Origin: Paraspadella gotoi
Taxonomy: Eukaryota; Animalia; Chaetognatha
Length of the DNA stretch: 64,000 nt
Assembly (NCBI GenBank): GCA_051294375.1
Contig: CM119263.1
Location: 21,264,268 to 21,328,267, forward strand
Reading direction: 5' to 3'
Shown: piece by piece, positions 1 through 12,336 of the stretch
Layout: each line of letters begins with the position of its first letter
Position numbering within the stretch: the first letter of the stretch is position 1
Position numbers and translations under genes: made by a program
The notes under the pieces: generated by a model
The model's database searches: none
Told to the model about the DNA's origin: nothing
Seen by the model: the letters and a program-made list of their open reading frames with translations, nothing else

Positions 1-2606
1 TAGTGTGTTGAATGTTGGCTGATTTAAAATGTAAATAAAGCTTATTTAAAAAAATAATAAAAGGGATCGTAAAAAGATTTAATCTATGACGGCAAGACTA
101 AAAGACTCGGATCCGTAGGTTCCGTGGTGTGTGCAGTGTCTGGTTGTCAGTGGCCAGACGGTCGGGCCTTTCCCATCGACAAGGTTCGGACAAGGACCGC
201 GAACTCGTCTTCATGCGTTATCCCGAGGCCATCGCCACTTTGCCGGATCCTACGTCTGGCGTCGATGCATTCTCATCCTCCTCATCATCTGTGGGTGTGT
301 GGTGTTGAAATCGCATTGTATAGTGTGATGATGTCGTGTGGTTATCGTATAATAACTTGAGTATCGAGCCACTGGCTTTCCCACTCTCTCTTGGAGTTGA
401 ATGTTTGGGGGTGCGTGTTGTTTTTATCTGGTCATGTGGTTAGTTTAAATACATATTTTTTCAGGCGTTTTTGTCAGGAAGAAGAAATAAAGTAATCAAA
501 TGTTCAGTTGTTATTTTATTGTTTGTGGTCCTGTGATTGTGACTCTCGTGCTGTGCTGCTGCTTGTTTTCCTAGTCTCGAGGGCTGGGGACGTGGTCGTC
601 TCACCGGCCTTTGGACGAGTTTAAGTGGATGCAAAGCGTGAGGTCGGACGTGGTAGATGTGTACTTGTGTCGTTACAGCGCCAGTGCATGTCGTGTGAGG
701 GCGGTCGTCACGGTTCGTTTTGGGTGAGAAAACTGTTGACGGTGAGACTTTTGTCGTAGGTGATCTTTAGGGTCATATCTTGTGGTAGCGTTTTGTAATG
801 TGAATCGTGTTCGTGGATTTGATGTTGTAATTGATTAATATTGGTGGCGTATATTCACACCCCTCATGTCCACCATCGTTCAGCAAATTCATGCTCAGGG
901 GACGCACCATCCAGGCGTTTGTTCCAGTCCACACTTGTGGTTTCACCTAGTCCTAACGAGCTTCCCTCTGCGTTGGCAAAGCTGAGGACCGTCTTAGGGT
1001 AACCGCGTGGACTGCAGGGTCCTGAGGGTCGGAAGCCCCAACAGCCAACAGTGAGATGCCCCATTCCAGATGGCATCACAGGCAACCGGCTGTGCGCCAT
1101 AATATGATAATTTTGTTGTTATGATAGTGGGCTTAGTGGCGAGTGGGCTTTGTAATATAAAAGGAAAAAGAAAACAGTCGGAACTCAGAAGTTGCGAAAA
1201 ATCGAATTGAGAAAAGTGTGTAGGTGGGGGTGAACTTGGGGGTGTGATTTGTGTTAGAGTGTGGGATTTATATAAAAAAAAGAAATACAAATAAAAGAGT
1301 GGGGTGTGGTGTGAGATGTGTGGTTTTGTGTGGCCGGCGTGTGTGTGTGTGGGTGCCAAGCGCTTCTCGCCTGGGTCTACGTTTTGAGATGCGTGTGTGT
1401 GGTCAGAGTGTGTGTGTGTGTGGTCGTTGCACGAGAACAGTTTGTTTCCCCAACTTTTTTACTAGTGTGCGCGTGTGATATGCGAGATAACTGAAAATGC
1501 TAAAACAGATTTTAAACATTGTTGGGTGGGTGTGGTGTGTCGAGTGGGGGGGGTGTGTGTGTGTATTATCCTATCAGCGACATTCAAATGATGCTGCGGG
1601 ATTCAAAGCCGTCCATCTATTTTGGGCGAATTTGCTTGAAGATTTCGTGCTCCACTTTTCCTCCTAACAATAAAGCGTCGCTAGCATTCTGTGAACTGTG
1701 CGTGTGTGATGGCAAAAGTAGGAAGAGAGAGAGAGAGACGAGATGAGAGGCCGCGCGGAGATGAGAGAGAGAAGAGAATACGAGAGAGGGAGAGAGAGAG
1801 AGAGAATCGCTTTTGAAGTTTTGGGACGATAATTTTAAACAGATATAGAGAGTTTTTGTTATTAGCTTTGTGCGGTTTTTTATGTTTTAGTGTGAGGGGT
1901 GCTTGGGAGGTGTGGGTGTGTGTGTGTGAGTGTGGTGTGTGTGTGTTTCGCAGCGCGACAGCGCGACGTCAAGTGTGTGAAACTTTGTGTGTGTGGGCGC
2001 GTGTTGTTGGTGTCTCGTTTAGTGTGTGTGTGTGAGTGAGATATAGAAATTTTGAACTTAAAAAAACTTAATACATAATAAATAATAATATAATAATAAT
2101 ATAAATAATAACGTTCTCTCTTCTGGGGTTGTGTGGAAAAAAATAGAAAAATCGAATGAGTCTTTTTTAAGTTTCATATTAAAGTATATGTGTGAGTTTA
2201 CGCACATCTGTGTGTTTGTGTGTGTGTGTGTGTTTATTTTTTGCTCTCAAAATTTTCGCCGAAGGCAAATTAGTTCTAGGTTTACTTGATCGCCTCCCGG
2301 GCGATCAATTAAACATTTCCTCGGCCCGAGAAGCCCTGAGTGGCCTCAAGTCGATCTTAAAATGTACTCGTGTGGCCCCCCCCGTCCCGCCCCCAACCCG
2401 AAAAAAAAACAATAAACAAAAAAAACCGATACTGGATTTTTATGGCACTCTTTAAACGAAATTTATTTCTAAAAAAATGTAGATAAGCATAAAATGAGTT
2501 TTAAAAAATGTTACCGAGGCCTTAACGACGCCTTTTTTCTGGTCATTCACGCTGCCATTTATCTTTCACTCCAGTCCCCCCCCTCTCTCTCCTCTCTCCT
2601 CACATC

Positions 2607-2638
<32 letters not shown>

Positions 2639-4149
2639 CTCTTCTCTCTTTATTATGATTTGTCTTCTGCGTTGCAAGTGGGTTGTCGCATAAATCAAAA
2701 ACAAACAACGATTAACCCAGTTTTTCCTTTATTTTCTTTTTATTTTTTCACATTTTTTGGAGGAACGAATCGGTGGGAAAATTAAAATTGATTGCGGCGA
2801 GAAAACTCAAACTGAGAAACAACCGGGGCATTAAATTATAAATAATATTTATTAATGAGAAGAGAAATAGAGTGTTTTGTATTTTAATTAGCAGCTACCT
2901 ATGTATAAATGGTATTTACATAAATATAATGTAGTTTTTCGGTTGACCAAAGATTTGATAAGACGTTAGATAATTGTCGTCGGTAGAACTCGAAAAAAAA
3001 AAAGAAAACACTAAAAAAAGTGAAAAGCGCGGGAAAGAAAGAAGTTGTCACTATTGTCTTCGTTTTGGCTAAAAACCTTATTAGTTTGATGGACAACTGA
3101 AAGGAAGGAATGGACGAGTCAATTTGCCTTTTTTTTTGTTGAAGAGAGAGAGAGAGAGAGTTGTTGATAACTTAAATGATTTTTTTAAAAAACAAACAAA
3201 ACTTTTTAACTTTTTCTGAGTTTACGGATAAGGACCTTTGATATATAACTGCGGGGATTTTGGTTTATTATTGAACCGATAAGGTTTATATGATTTTTTA
3301 AACATTAAAAACTTAGTTTTTGAAAACATGTGATTCATGAAATTTTAGTTTTATTTCAATTTGTGAGTCAATTTGAAAGCGAATCTGGGTAAGTTTGTAT
3401 TTTTTTAATAAAATCGAAAGTGATTGCTAGAAAGTTAAATTGTCAAAAAAAAGTCTTTTTCTCTATTTTAGAAAAGGGAATAGAAAGCTTGTCACCCAAT
3501 AGAACGCACCCATCCGTCAGAACAAAGTAATAACGAACTTTTTACGATCTTTTTTTTTAAATCCTTTTAAAAATAAACGTCGAAAATTAATTAATAAATG
3601 AAAAGCTGCTTGGGTGGGACGAAAAGTTCCGTGACGATTTTTTTTTTAGAAGCAAGATATAAAAAAATTAAAAAGAAAAAAACTTTTATGTTGTCGACGA
3701 TTGAGATGAAAAGTGTCTCTCGAAAATCTGTTCGAGTTGAAATTTTTTTTCAAAAACACGGCAAGGAAAAAAATAAAGAGACGAAACGTTTTTGTTGTTG
3801 TTGTTGTTTTTATTGTTGTCGTCGTGTAACCCAAGTTTGTACAGACAAAACGAAAACAAAAAGTCAACTGACGAAACTGAAACCATATTTCGTTTTTCTG
3901 ATCCTCGATCGATTGTGTCAAAAAAGAAACAGATTCTATTTATTTATTTATTTTTTTAGTTTTCGATCGCAAGGCCGTAAAGCGAGGAGAGAATTATTAA
4001 AAACTCAAAAGAATATACATTATGTTTCTGGTTCCTGTTCCGGAGTCATTAAAAACGGAGAACTGCGGATCCTTTTTCTCAGTTTTTAAACAAAATCAAT
4101 AAGCAGTAAAAAAAATGTTTTTTTGAGGCGATTTTGGGTTTGTTTGTGA

Positions 4150-4153
<4 letters not shown>

Positions 4154-4224
<71 letters not shown>

Positions 4225-4389
4225 GGTTTTCCTTTCTGATAAGATAACAAGAAATAACAAAAGTCGTGATAATCAAAGCGCAGATCGTTAATGGGAAACT
4301 TTTCTACACTTCCCTGAGACGTGTTTTTGTTTGAATGAAAGGAACAAAATGTTTGAAAACTTTATAAAGTTTTAAACTCTCTCTCTCTC

Positions 4390-4452
<63 letters not shown>

Positions 4453-4521
4453 CAATCTCTTTCTGCGTCTCGAGCTCACTCTTTCTCTCTCTTTTTCATT
4501 CTTTTTTTCTATTTCTTGTTA

Positions 4522-4552
<31 letters not shown>

Positions 4553-4628
4553 TCTTTCTTTCTTTCTTTTTTCTTTCTCTTCTTTCTTTCTTTCTTTCTT
4601 TTCTTTCTTTTTTTTCTTTCTTTCGTAT

Positions 4629-4677
<49 letters not shown>

Positions 4678-4680
4678 ACA
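4154..4680. repeat. (CT)n and (CTTT)n microsatellite cluster; similar tracts occur throughout the window
   Basis: Directly visible; source of the spurious ER/KERK ORFs. Confidence 0.95.
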
Positions 4681-6059
4681 CCTTTTCTCCCGCTCACCCT
4701 TAGATAATCCCACATCTCCACTAAATGTCTTAATTTCTTTCGGTACAAAGTGTTAAATTATTCAATCGGTTATCGACAACTTTTCGGCAATTAGCGACCC
4801 AATTAACACATATTAAATTAAACATTTTTTTCTCGACAGCTATGTTCGCATGTTCCGAGTAGAGACAGCATTCGTATCTTGATATCGTTGTCATCGAGTC
4901 TCAACTTAGTCTTAACCTATCCGTTTATAAATTGAAAATTGAAACTAATGATAAATGAGTGAAACTTTAGCGCGTGTCCGTTTCGTGATAGCGAGCGATT
5001 GCGAAAATATTACGTAGACTTTTACAAATATATTTTTAATGGCTTAGTTGGCGCGAATTATTAATTAGCGATTTATCCATAAATTAATAATCGCTATCGA
5101 CGATTATGAACAAGAGCAAAATAAAAATTCGTTAAGACCGTGTGTCTCCTTCTCTCGTTCTCCGCGTCTCTGTCTCTGTCTTCGCCGGAGAAATTCTATC
5201 TCTAGTCTCTACTACGTGGATACCTAGAGCACGTCGCTCGCGACGACGCCGGCGACGACGACGACGTCGTCTCGAAGGTTTAAGGGGAGGAACGCTCTTT
5301 TGTACTATTTGTCTTTGTAGATATATTGTGTTTGATTGACAGAAATAATTATATTTGACTCAGAAATTAAATTTTATTGAATCTTGTTGGTGAGTGAACT
5401 TAGTACAAAGCTTACATTATCATTATGACAATTAACTTAACAGAAAATTTCGTCATTATTAGCGCAACGAATTTTTTTTTTGCTAATTAAACCACCAACG
5501 AAAGGAAAGAAAAACTGACAATTAACTATTTATCTTTTCTTCTTTTTTTATCTATTTCATAGATTATTATTTGGTTCTAACAATATTAAATATATTTTCA
5601 GAGAATAATAATAGAATAGATTGACTTCTATTGGTCTTGATGTACAAACTATTTGCTCTAATTTTAGCTCGACAATTTGTAAATAAGAAAAAGATGAGAG
5701 AAAGTAAATAAGAAAGATTGTTGAGGCGCATTGGACATCAGAAACCTTTCGTCTTTAGCAGAGAAGAAAGCAAACAGACTACAGATAATATTTCCAAGAA
5801 GGAATATTCTGCATTAATTTTTTCCTTTGTTTTCTTATTCATATAAAACTCAAAAAATGATGATTAAAAAGTTTTTAATTTCTATGGAGGTGCAGTGCAA
5901 AAAAAAAAATTTATAAATAATTTCCATATAAATTTCTCGACATAAATTTCTAATGTCAATGCTTCAGTGAAGAAAAAAGAATTAACTAAACAAAACTTTT
6001 ACTAAAGTAAGAATAAGAGAATAAAGAGAGAGAGACACAAATAACAATGAAAAGGCTTA

Positions 6060-6665
6060 AAGACTAAATTGACCTTATAAAGTGGTCAGAAGAACCCAAA
6101 AAAGGGTTGGCCCCACCTCCTTCATAAGATCATTAAAGACACAGTATCCACGCTCAGTTTTCACGTAGGCTCCCCAGTCTTCATAAGACCCCTCCAGGTC
6201 ACTACTGGTGACGTCAGAATTTCAAAGTGCTTCGCGAGTTTTAAGGCCATGGATCAGTTTTTTTTTGTTTTTTCCGGACATCGTTTTAATAATACTTGGT
6301 TGGGCAAAATCCCGGGGTTATGCAATCTTTTATAGTGTTGGGAGATTCCGGAGTGTTGCCATTGCTCTTTTCCAATCTGCTCTTTCATGTCCTTCCAGCG
6401 TGTCTGAAAACTGCGAGAGGTTTGGCCAATATACACGGCTTCTCAGAAACATGGCAAGTTTGGTATTTAGACATCCCTTTTTTTTGCTTGGGTCAGGGTG
6501 AGTGCGGTTTTTTGGTGCAAAAATGTCTTAAATTTTGTGGCCTGATGTGAAACAAGTGTTGATGCCGGCTTTAAGAGATGATCTTTTTAAGTGATTGAAA
6601 GCTATGTTCGGGATGTAATGGATGCATGCATTGGTTGGTCTTCTTCAATATTTTCTTCCGAAAGG
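6060..6665 (-). mobile_element. Penelope-like retroelement 3' fragment (linker plus GIY-YIG endonuclease), frameshifted
   Basis: Translation YIPNIAFNHLKR...VYIGQTSRSFQTRWKD...HSGISQHY...LKTREALEILTSP is typical of the Penelope GIY-YIG domain. Lies 5' of the first DGK exon in the window, presumably intronic. Confidence 0.8.
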
Positions 6666-7563
6666 GAGACATCAAAGAGATAATTTAATGTAAAATGAGC
6701 AGCTTTCCAAAGGAAAACGAGAGGGAAGGTGATTTTGAAATATTTAAAAAGAAGATAAAAAAGGAAAGAACGGGAAAAAAAGAAAGAAAAAATGAAAGCG
6801 AAAACGACTAAATAAACGTCAAAGCAAGAAATTAAAAATAATATAAACCACAAAAGCCTGTCTAAAGTCAGGGGCAGGATAGCTTATTTATTAAATGAAT
6901 GGATAATTTTTATATTGATTGTACCAATTTCTTATAGATTTTACAAATTTTTAAAAACAGTTATCATAAAAAGATAGAAAAAAGTAAAAAAAGGATGGAA
7001 AAGAAATCCTGGCCTGGATGACCTTTTTCTCGGTTTACGATTTTCGAATCAAAATTCCGCGCCTCGCTCGGGTGGAGCACAATTTCCGGTTTTGGGGAAA
7101 GACGCGACGAAAACTCTCTGAATTATCGTTTATATTCATGAAGCTGGTTGAATTAAAGACATTCGTGGAATAACTATTTTCAGTGGGGTTTTTTTAGTGC
7201 ACCTATCGGGTCCAACGTCCTCGTTAGGGGTTGATAGTATATAAAAAAATATTCAATATTTATTCACAATCATGTCTTATATTTATCAATCTCACTATAA
7301 ACTACGGTTCCCGTTATTCAAAATCAAATTCGAAAAGCCTTTTCGGCAATGAATAAATAACATTTTAAAATCTAAGAACTGTAAATAGTGAAGAACGTCT
7401 TTTTGTCATTTTCATTAAACGGCCTCTGGGTTTTTTTAATATTTTTCAAAGTTCGAATGAACCGCCGGGAAGAATACTTTTTAGTTTTGTTTACAAAAAA
7501 AAAATATATATATATAATCGATCGGTTAAACACTTTTCTTTTGTTTCCTCTTTTCTCCGCCAG

Positions 7564-10500
7564 GATCTCTCAGCCGCGAGTCACTGTTCTTCGTTCGTAC
7601 CTCAACTGGGCCAACGATGGTGTTTCTTAGACTGTAAGTGCTACATCGCGAATCAAGAATACAATTTTCCTTTTTCCTATCCTGCCTTAATTTATTAATT
7701 TATAATACTTTTCTAGATTTCTCTTCATTTATTTCGCTTATTTTTGCTTTCTTGGTTTCTCTATCATTTTTGTTTCAATTTTTACGAATTTACGAAATCT
7801 TTATAGTTTTTTATCGTCTTTTATTCGATTTTTTTATCTTCTTTGTTCCATTTATCTCCCCTCTTTCATTCCCCACTACCTAACCTAATCCGCTTCCACC
7901 CCGCCTCACCCCATCTCGGTCTTCAGCCATGACGGCGGACAGATTCTTCCGCGTTGACAGAAGCCAAGAAAAACTCCAATTTATTACCGACGTCCACACA
8001 GAAGACATTTACATCCTAGACCCGGAAATGAGACCACAGGTTGTGGCGCCACCGACGAGCATTATGACAACGACTTCGAGGACGACGTCGACAACGACGA
8101 CGACAAGAACTATGATGATTTTACTAATTTTTCTTTTTTTAAACTGCATTCTTTCTGCGACGACGAAGAAGATGATGATGAAGATGATGATGATCACGAT
8201 TATTATCAGGATGATGATGACGATAGCTATCAAATATCAATATCACATTACAAATTTTGCCTGTACATAATCCAGACGACGATGACTATGAATCCACCGC
8301 CGGCCGTCGTCATCGATCACGCGTCCAAATCCGACGGCTCGCCCGCCACCATCAGGTAGACAAAACGCGAGAATTTTAATCTCATTTGCATCTTGCAGAA
8401 ATAAAGATTTTACATTGAAAAGGATTCTTGGAACTCGACAATCAGAATTTGTAAATAGATTTTAAAAGTATGTGAGATTTATTGCACATGATTCCACTTC
8501 TTTAAGAAATCTTTTTCAAATAGCAGTGATATTCACAGAGCTTTTCTGGATTCGGAATTTTAACGTTGTTATATCTTGAGAAAACCTTATATCCATGATT
8601 TCTAACAGAGTAATAAAATGCGTACCAGATCCTTAAAATAAAACTTAGCATACTGTGTGCCAGATCTGGCATAATGTTAGACCGTTTAGCCCGTAAAAAA
8701 ATAATCTGGCATATAGCGTACAATATCGCATATTCAAAATGTGGAAAAAAATCAAGGTTTTTCGATCTACAGCATTGGACAGAGTATGAAAAACACTTCC
8801 TTTTGCCAATGTAAATCTGTATTGAATATGCTATTTGCTTATTTTATTATTTTTATTTTCTTTGATAACAATCATGTTAATTCCTATTACAATTATTTGA
8901 GACCAGGAACGGATTGCTAGCATTAATACAATAAAACCAAAGTATTTGTTTTATACCAATTGCTTGTGTTACTACAATGTACTACAATGTGTAGTTCTGT
9001 AGTACTAGTAAGTAGTAATAACATGTTAAAGCAACTTTACAAGTGCAAAATACTATGGCGTCAGTTGGTTGGTTGGTCTGTTTGAAAATTACTGCTGCAA
9101 AACACCTTTTACAGGACTTGACTGGTTAAGCATTAAGCATTAAGCAATTCACAAAAAGTCTCATTTTTTCCGTCTCTTTTTGTTTTTATCTGTCTAAATA
9201 ATTATTCATAGGCTCTAATAAAAAATTTCTCTTTACTCTTGTAACAGTTTTGCATTAAATTAGCTAAAAGATAATTTGGCATAATATTTAGCATACTAAA
9301 AAAAAATCTAGCCATTTTTAGCATAATTAGGGGTGCTATCTGGCACACTTTTTAACCAAGTCTTGTTATGTTTTATGGTTTCGGTTGTGGTCCCTCTCTC
9401 ATTTACAGTTAAAAATTTAAAGTTTAATTTTTACATTTTTACATCATTAAGCTCTTGTTTTGTTTTATTTTGAAACATTAGTTATTGAGTTATTGAGTTT
9501 TATTGACATAAGAACCCGTTGGGATGATGATAATTAACATACAAAATATGTAGATTATGCAGAGAAAAGGCAGGCTATAAACAATATAACACATATTCAT
9601 AAGGAGTTTGATGTTGTTTCTTAAAGGTAAGTTGAAGAGTGATCCAGTTCCCTCTCTCGTTTCTCTGCCGTGGGTTTCCTTCTTCTGATTGGTCAATCAG
9701 AAGAAAAGACGGAGAAGCCAAGAGAGACAAGCACTTGATAATCCATTCTCTGAGTTGATCGCATCAATTATTAGTTATTGGTTATCATCGCATCAATTTT
9801 TTGTCTTTTTATTTCCTCCTCTCGTCTGGCGATATCACTATTCTTTTAAGATTTTTTATGCTGTTACTGTTTTTGAATTATGTTAAAATCGTTTTTGTTA
9901 TTTATAAAAAAAATCCAATGTCATCAGTTGGTTGTTTCTTTGAATGAACGGCCTACTGTGCGTATTAAATATATCATGGTAGTGAATAAATTCTTAGAAT
10001 AGAATTTACCATTAGATTTCAATGGCAAAAAATTATTGAATTTCATTTCATAATACATCAAAAATCACTGATCTGCATAATAGAGGTTTGATTTTTTTCA
10101 TACTCGAACAATACTCCACGGTACTGAGAAGAATGCAACGTTAGTTGAATTTGCTCCCACGCTGGATTTCAGCTTAAAACCACTATTAAAATATGTTTAC
10201 ATTCCCTAAGTAGTATGTTATATTATTAAAAAGGCTATTAAGAATAGGAGCCATATGTAAGGGTGCTGTAAGCAACAATTGTAGCATGCCCAAAACCAAC
10301 AATATACGTGCTGGAAGCATCTTTATATGCTAAAAGGAAAATTCTAAAGAGAGCAAATGAAGAGCTCCATTTAGAAATATTTACTGGGACATGTTATCTT
10401 TATTACCCTATGGCCATTAAGCTGCAGCAGTTTGATTATTAAAAGCAATTTTAAGATGCTATAAAAATTATTTTTTTTATTAAGTTCACACTGTAGTGGC

Positions 10501-12297
10501 CCCTCTGGCTTATTGCGATCTCTTTAAGCTTATGAAAACAATAACTAATGTAGTTGGCACTGTATGTATAAAATATCAAGTTAATAGCATAATGCAATCT
10601 ACTACAGCATCAGATAAAAACAAATATTTCTTTGTATTTCTGCTACTGGGTTAAAAACCATTGCTGCAGTGAGTACTGAGATTCCATTTCTTGACATTTA
10701 TGAAGAAGCAATACCCTTAGGTTTAATATGTATGGCTGTAACAAAGGGTTTTATTGTTTACAGCTGAAAAAAATGAAGATGTCAGATGCAGCAACATTTA
10801 AATTTTTGACTGAAGGATTTTCCATATCAAATTCTTTTTAGCTTTGCAAAGTAGGTCGTTTTAAAGGGGGGCACCCATATGACTTTTAACCAAAATACTG
10901 ATGTGCCAGATAAACCTCTGTTTTCGAGCTATGGCTCAATCTTTCAGAAGCTTTTTATAAAGAGCAGCTGTAATTCTTTTGGGGTGCTGTGGCAGGTGTC
11001 GTTTTTACAACAGTGCTTATCGCATTGCATTAATAGTTAGAACAAGGTCTGGTTTAAGTATCTTCAATTCAATTTTTTTATTTAATGCACACAATACGTC
11101 ATAAAGTAAAAAAAGTAGAAGTGATACGGATTTTCTAAGTTTTGATTCCCTACCCTGTATGTTAAGGCGTAGTGAAAGTTACATACGAAAATTCTAAAAG
11201 TCAATTAGGAACAACATACAACATACAACATAGTGAATATTAATTTGTAAAAAATTAATTTATTGTTTTTTTTAAATTTTTCCGGCAAAGCGTAGTGATT
11301 TTTATACCCGATATAGTATCCTTATAAACAAAATCAAAAATTTCAACATAGACTTTTCTTAATTTTGATTGCAGATTTGAATGCATCTCCTCGTCAAAAG
11401 TTGTAAGAAAATATAAAGTATAAATATATATATAATCATTTTTTTAAAATTCTTTCTTTAAGTGGGCTAAAAATTAAAAAAACTATATTTAATATATAAA
11501 GAAATTAATTTCAGCTTAAAATATAGCTTTTTCTAATTTTTGACCCACTTAATGAAGGAATTTTTAAAAAGAGTTTTTATTTCTTTCTATCAACTTTTTA
11601 TGACGAATCAAATCTGCAAAAAAATCTTAGAAAAAACTGTTTTGAAATTTTAACATTTATGGTTAGTACCAGTATAAATATGGCCTACTGCATAAATTGT
11701 AAAATTTTATTAAATTTTTTTTTATTATATAAATGTTTATTAGTATATAATGTTGTTCGTTCTTCACTTTTAGAATTTTAATTAAAGTTAAATTTAGAAA
11801 TTTTACTACGCCTTACTGTATGTGAATAGGCGCTATGGGCTGAAGTTCCCTCCCGCAACTTCTTTAACCCCCTATCGCCGCCATGGAAAGTGTCCTTGGC
11901 TTGGAACCAGGCTTAAAGGTTTTCCACGCCCCTAAGGTGTTTAACCGCCTTCCTCAAGTTCCCGCAAGTGGAGGGACATCGGGTTGAGATTGAACCCGGC
12001 TGATGGCTTTTGTGAATGAGACACCGAGTCATTCTTAACATGTTAATGTTATAGGCGGGGTGAACTTATGCGAGGTCCGATTACATATATATATGGAAAA
12101 TTTTGTTTAAATGTAGTTCATGCTTAATAATCACATAATATGTTTATTACTTGTTCCTCCTTCAGTCCGGAACAATTCGTGGATTCGATGCCATCGTCGG
12201 GAACGTCGACCTTGAAGCAGGACAGCGGAACATCAGTGGACATCGCCTCCAGGCAGAACAGCTACTTTGCCGACAACTATGTTGGGTAAGTTCTCTT

Positions 12298-12336
<39 letters not shown>

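Noticed and set aside
4079-4748. ORFs rich in ER/KERK/LSLS (also near 32.7k, 40.5k, 41.2k, 52.6k and 61.0k)
   Set aside because: Translations of (CT)n and (CTTT)n microsatellites.
8040-8270. Extension of the DGK ORF (TTTT/MMMM-rich)
   Set aside because: Trinucleotide-repeat intron sequence; a phase-0 donor at 8040 and acceptor at 8275 explain it better.
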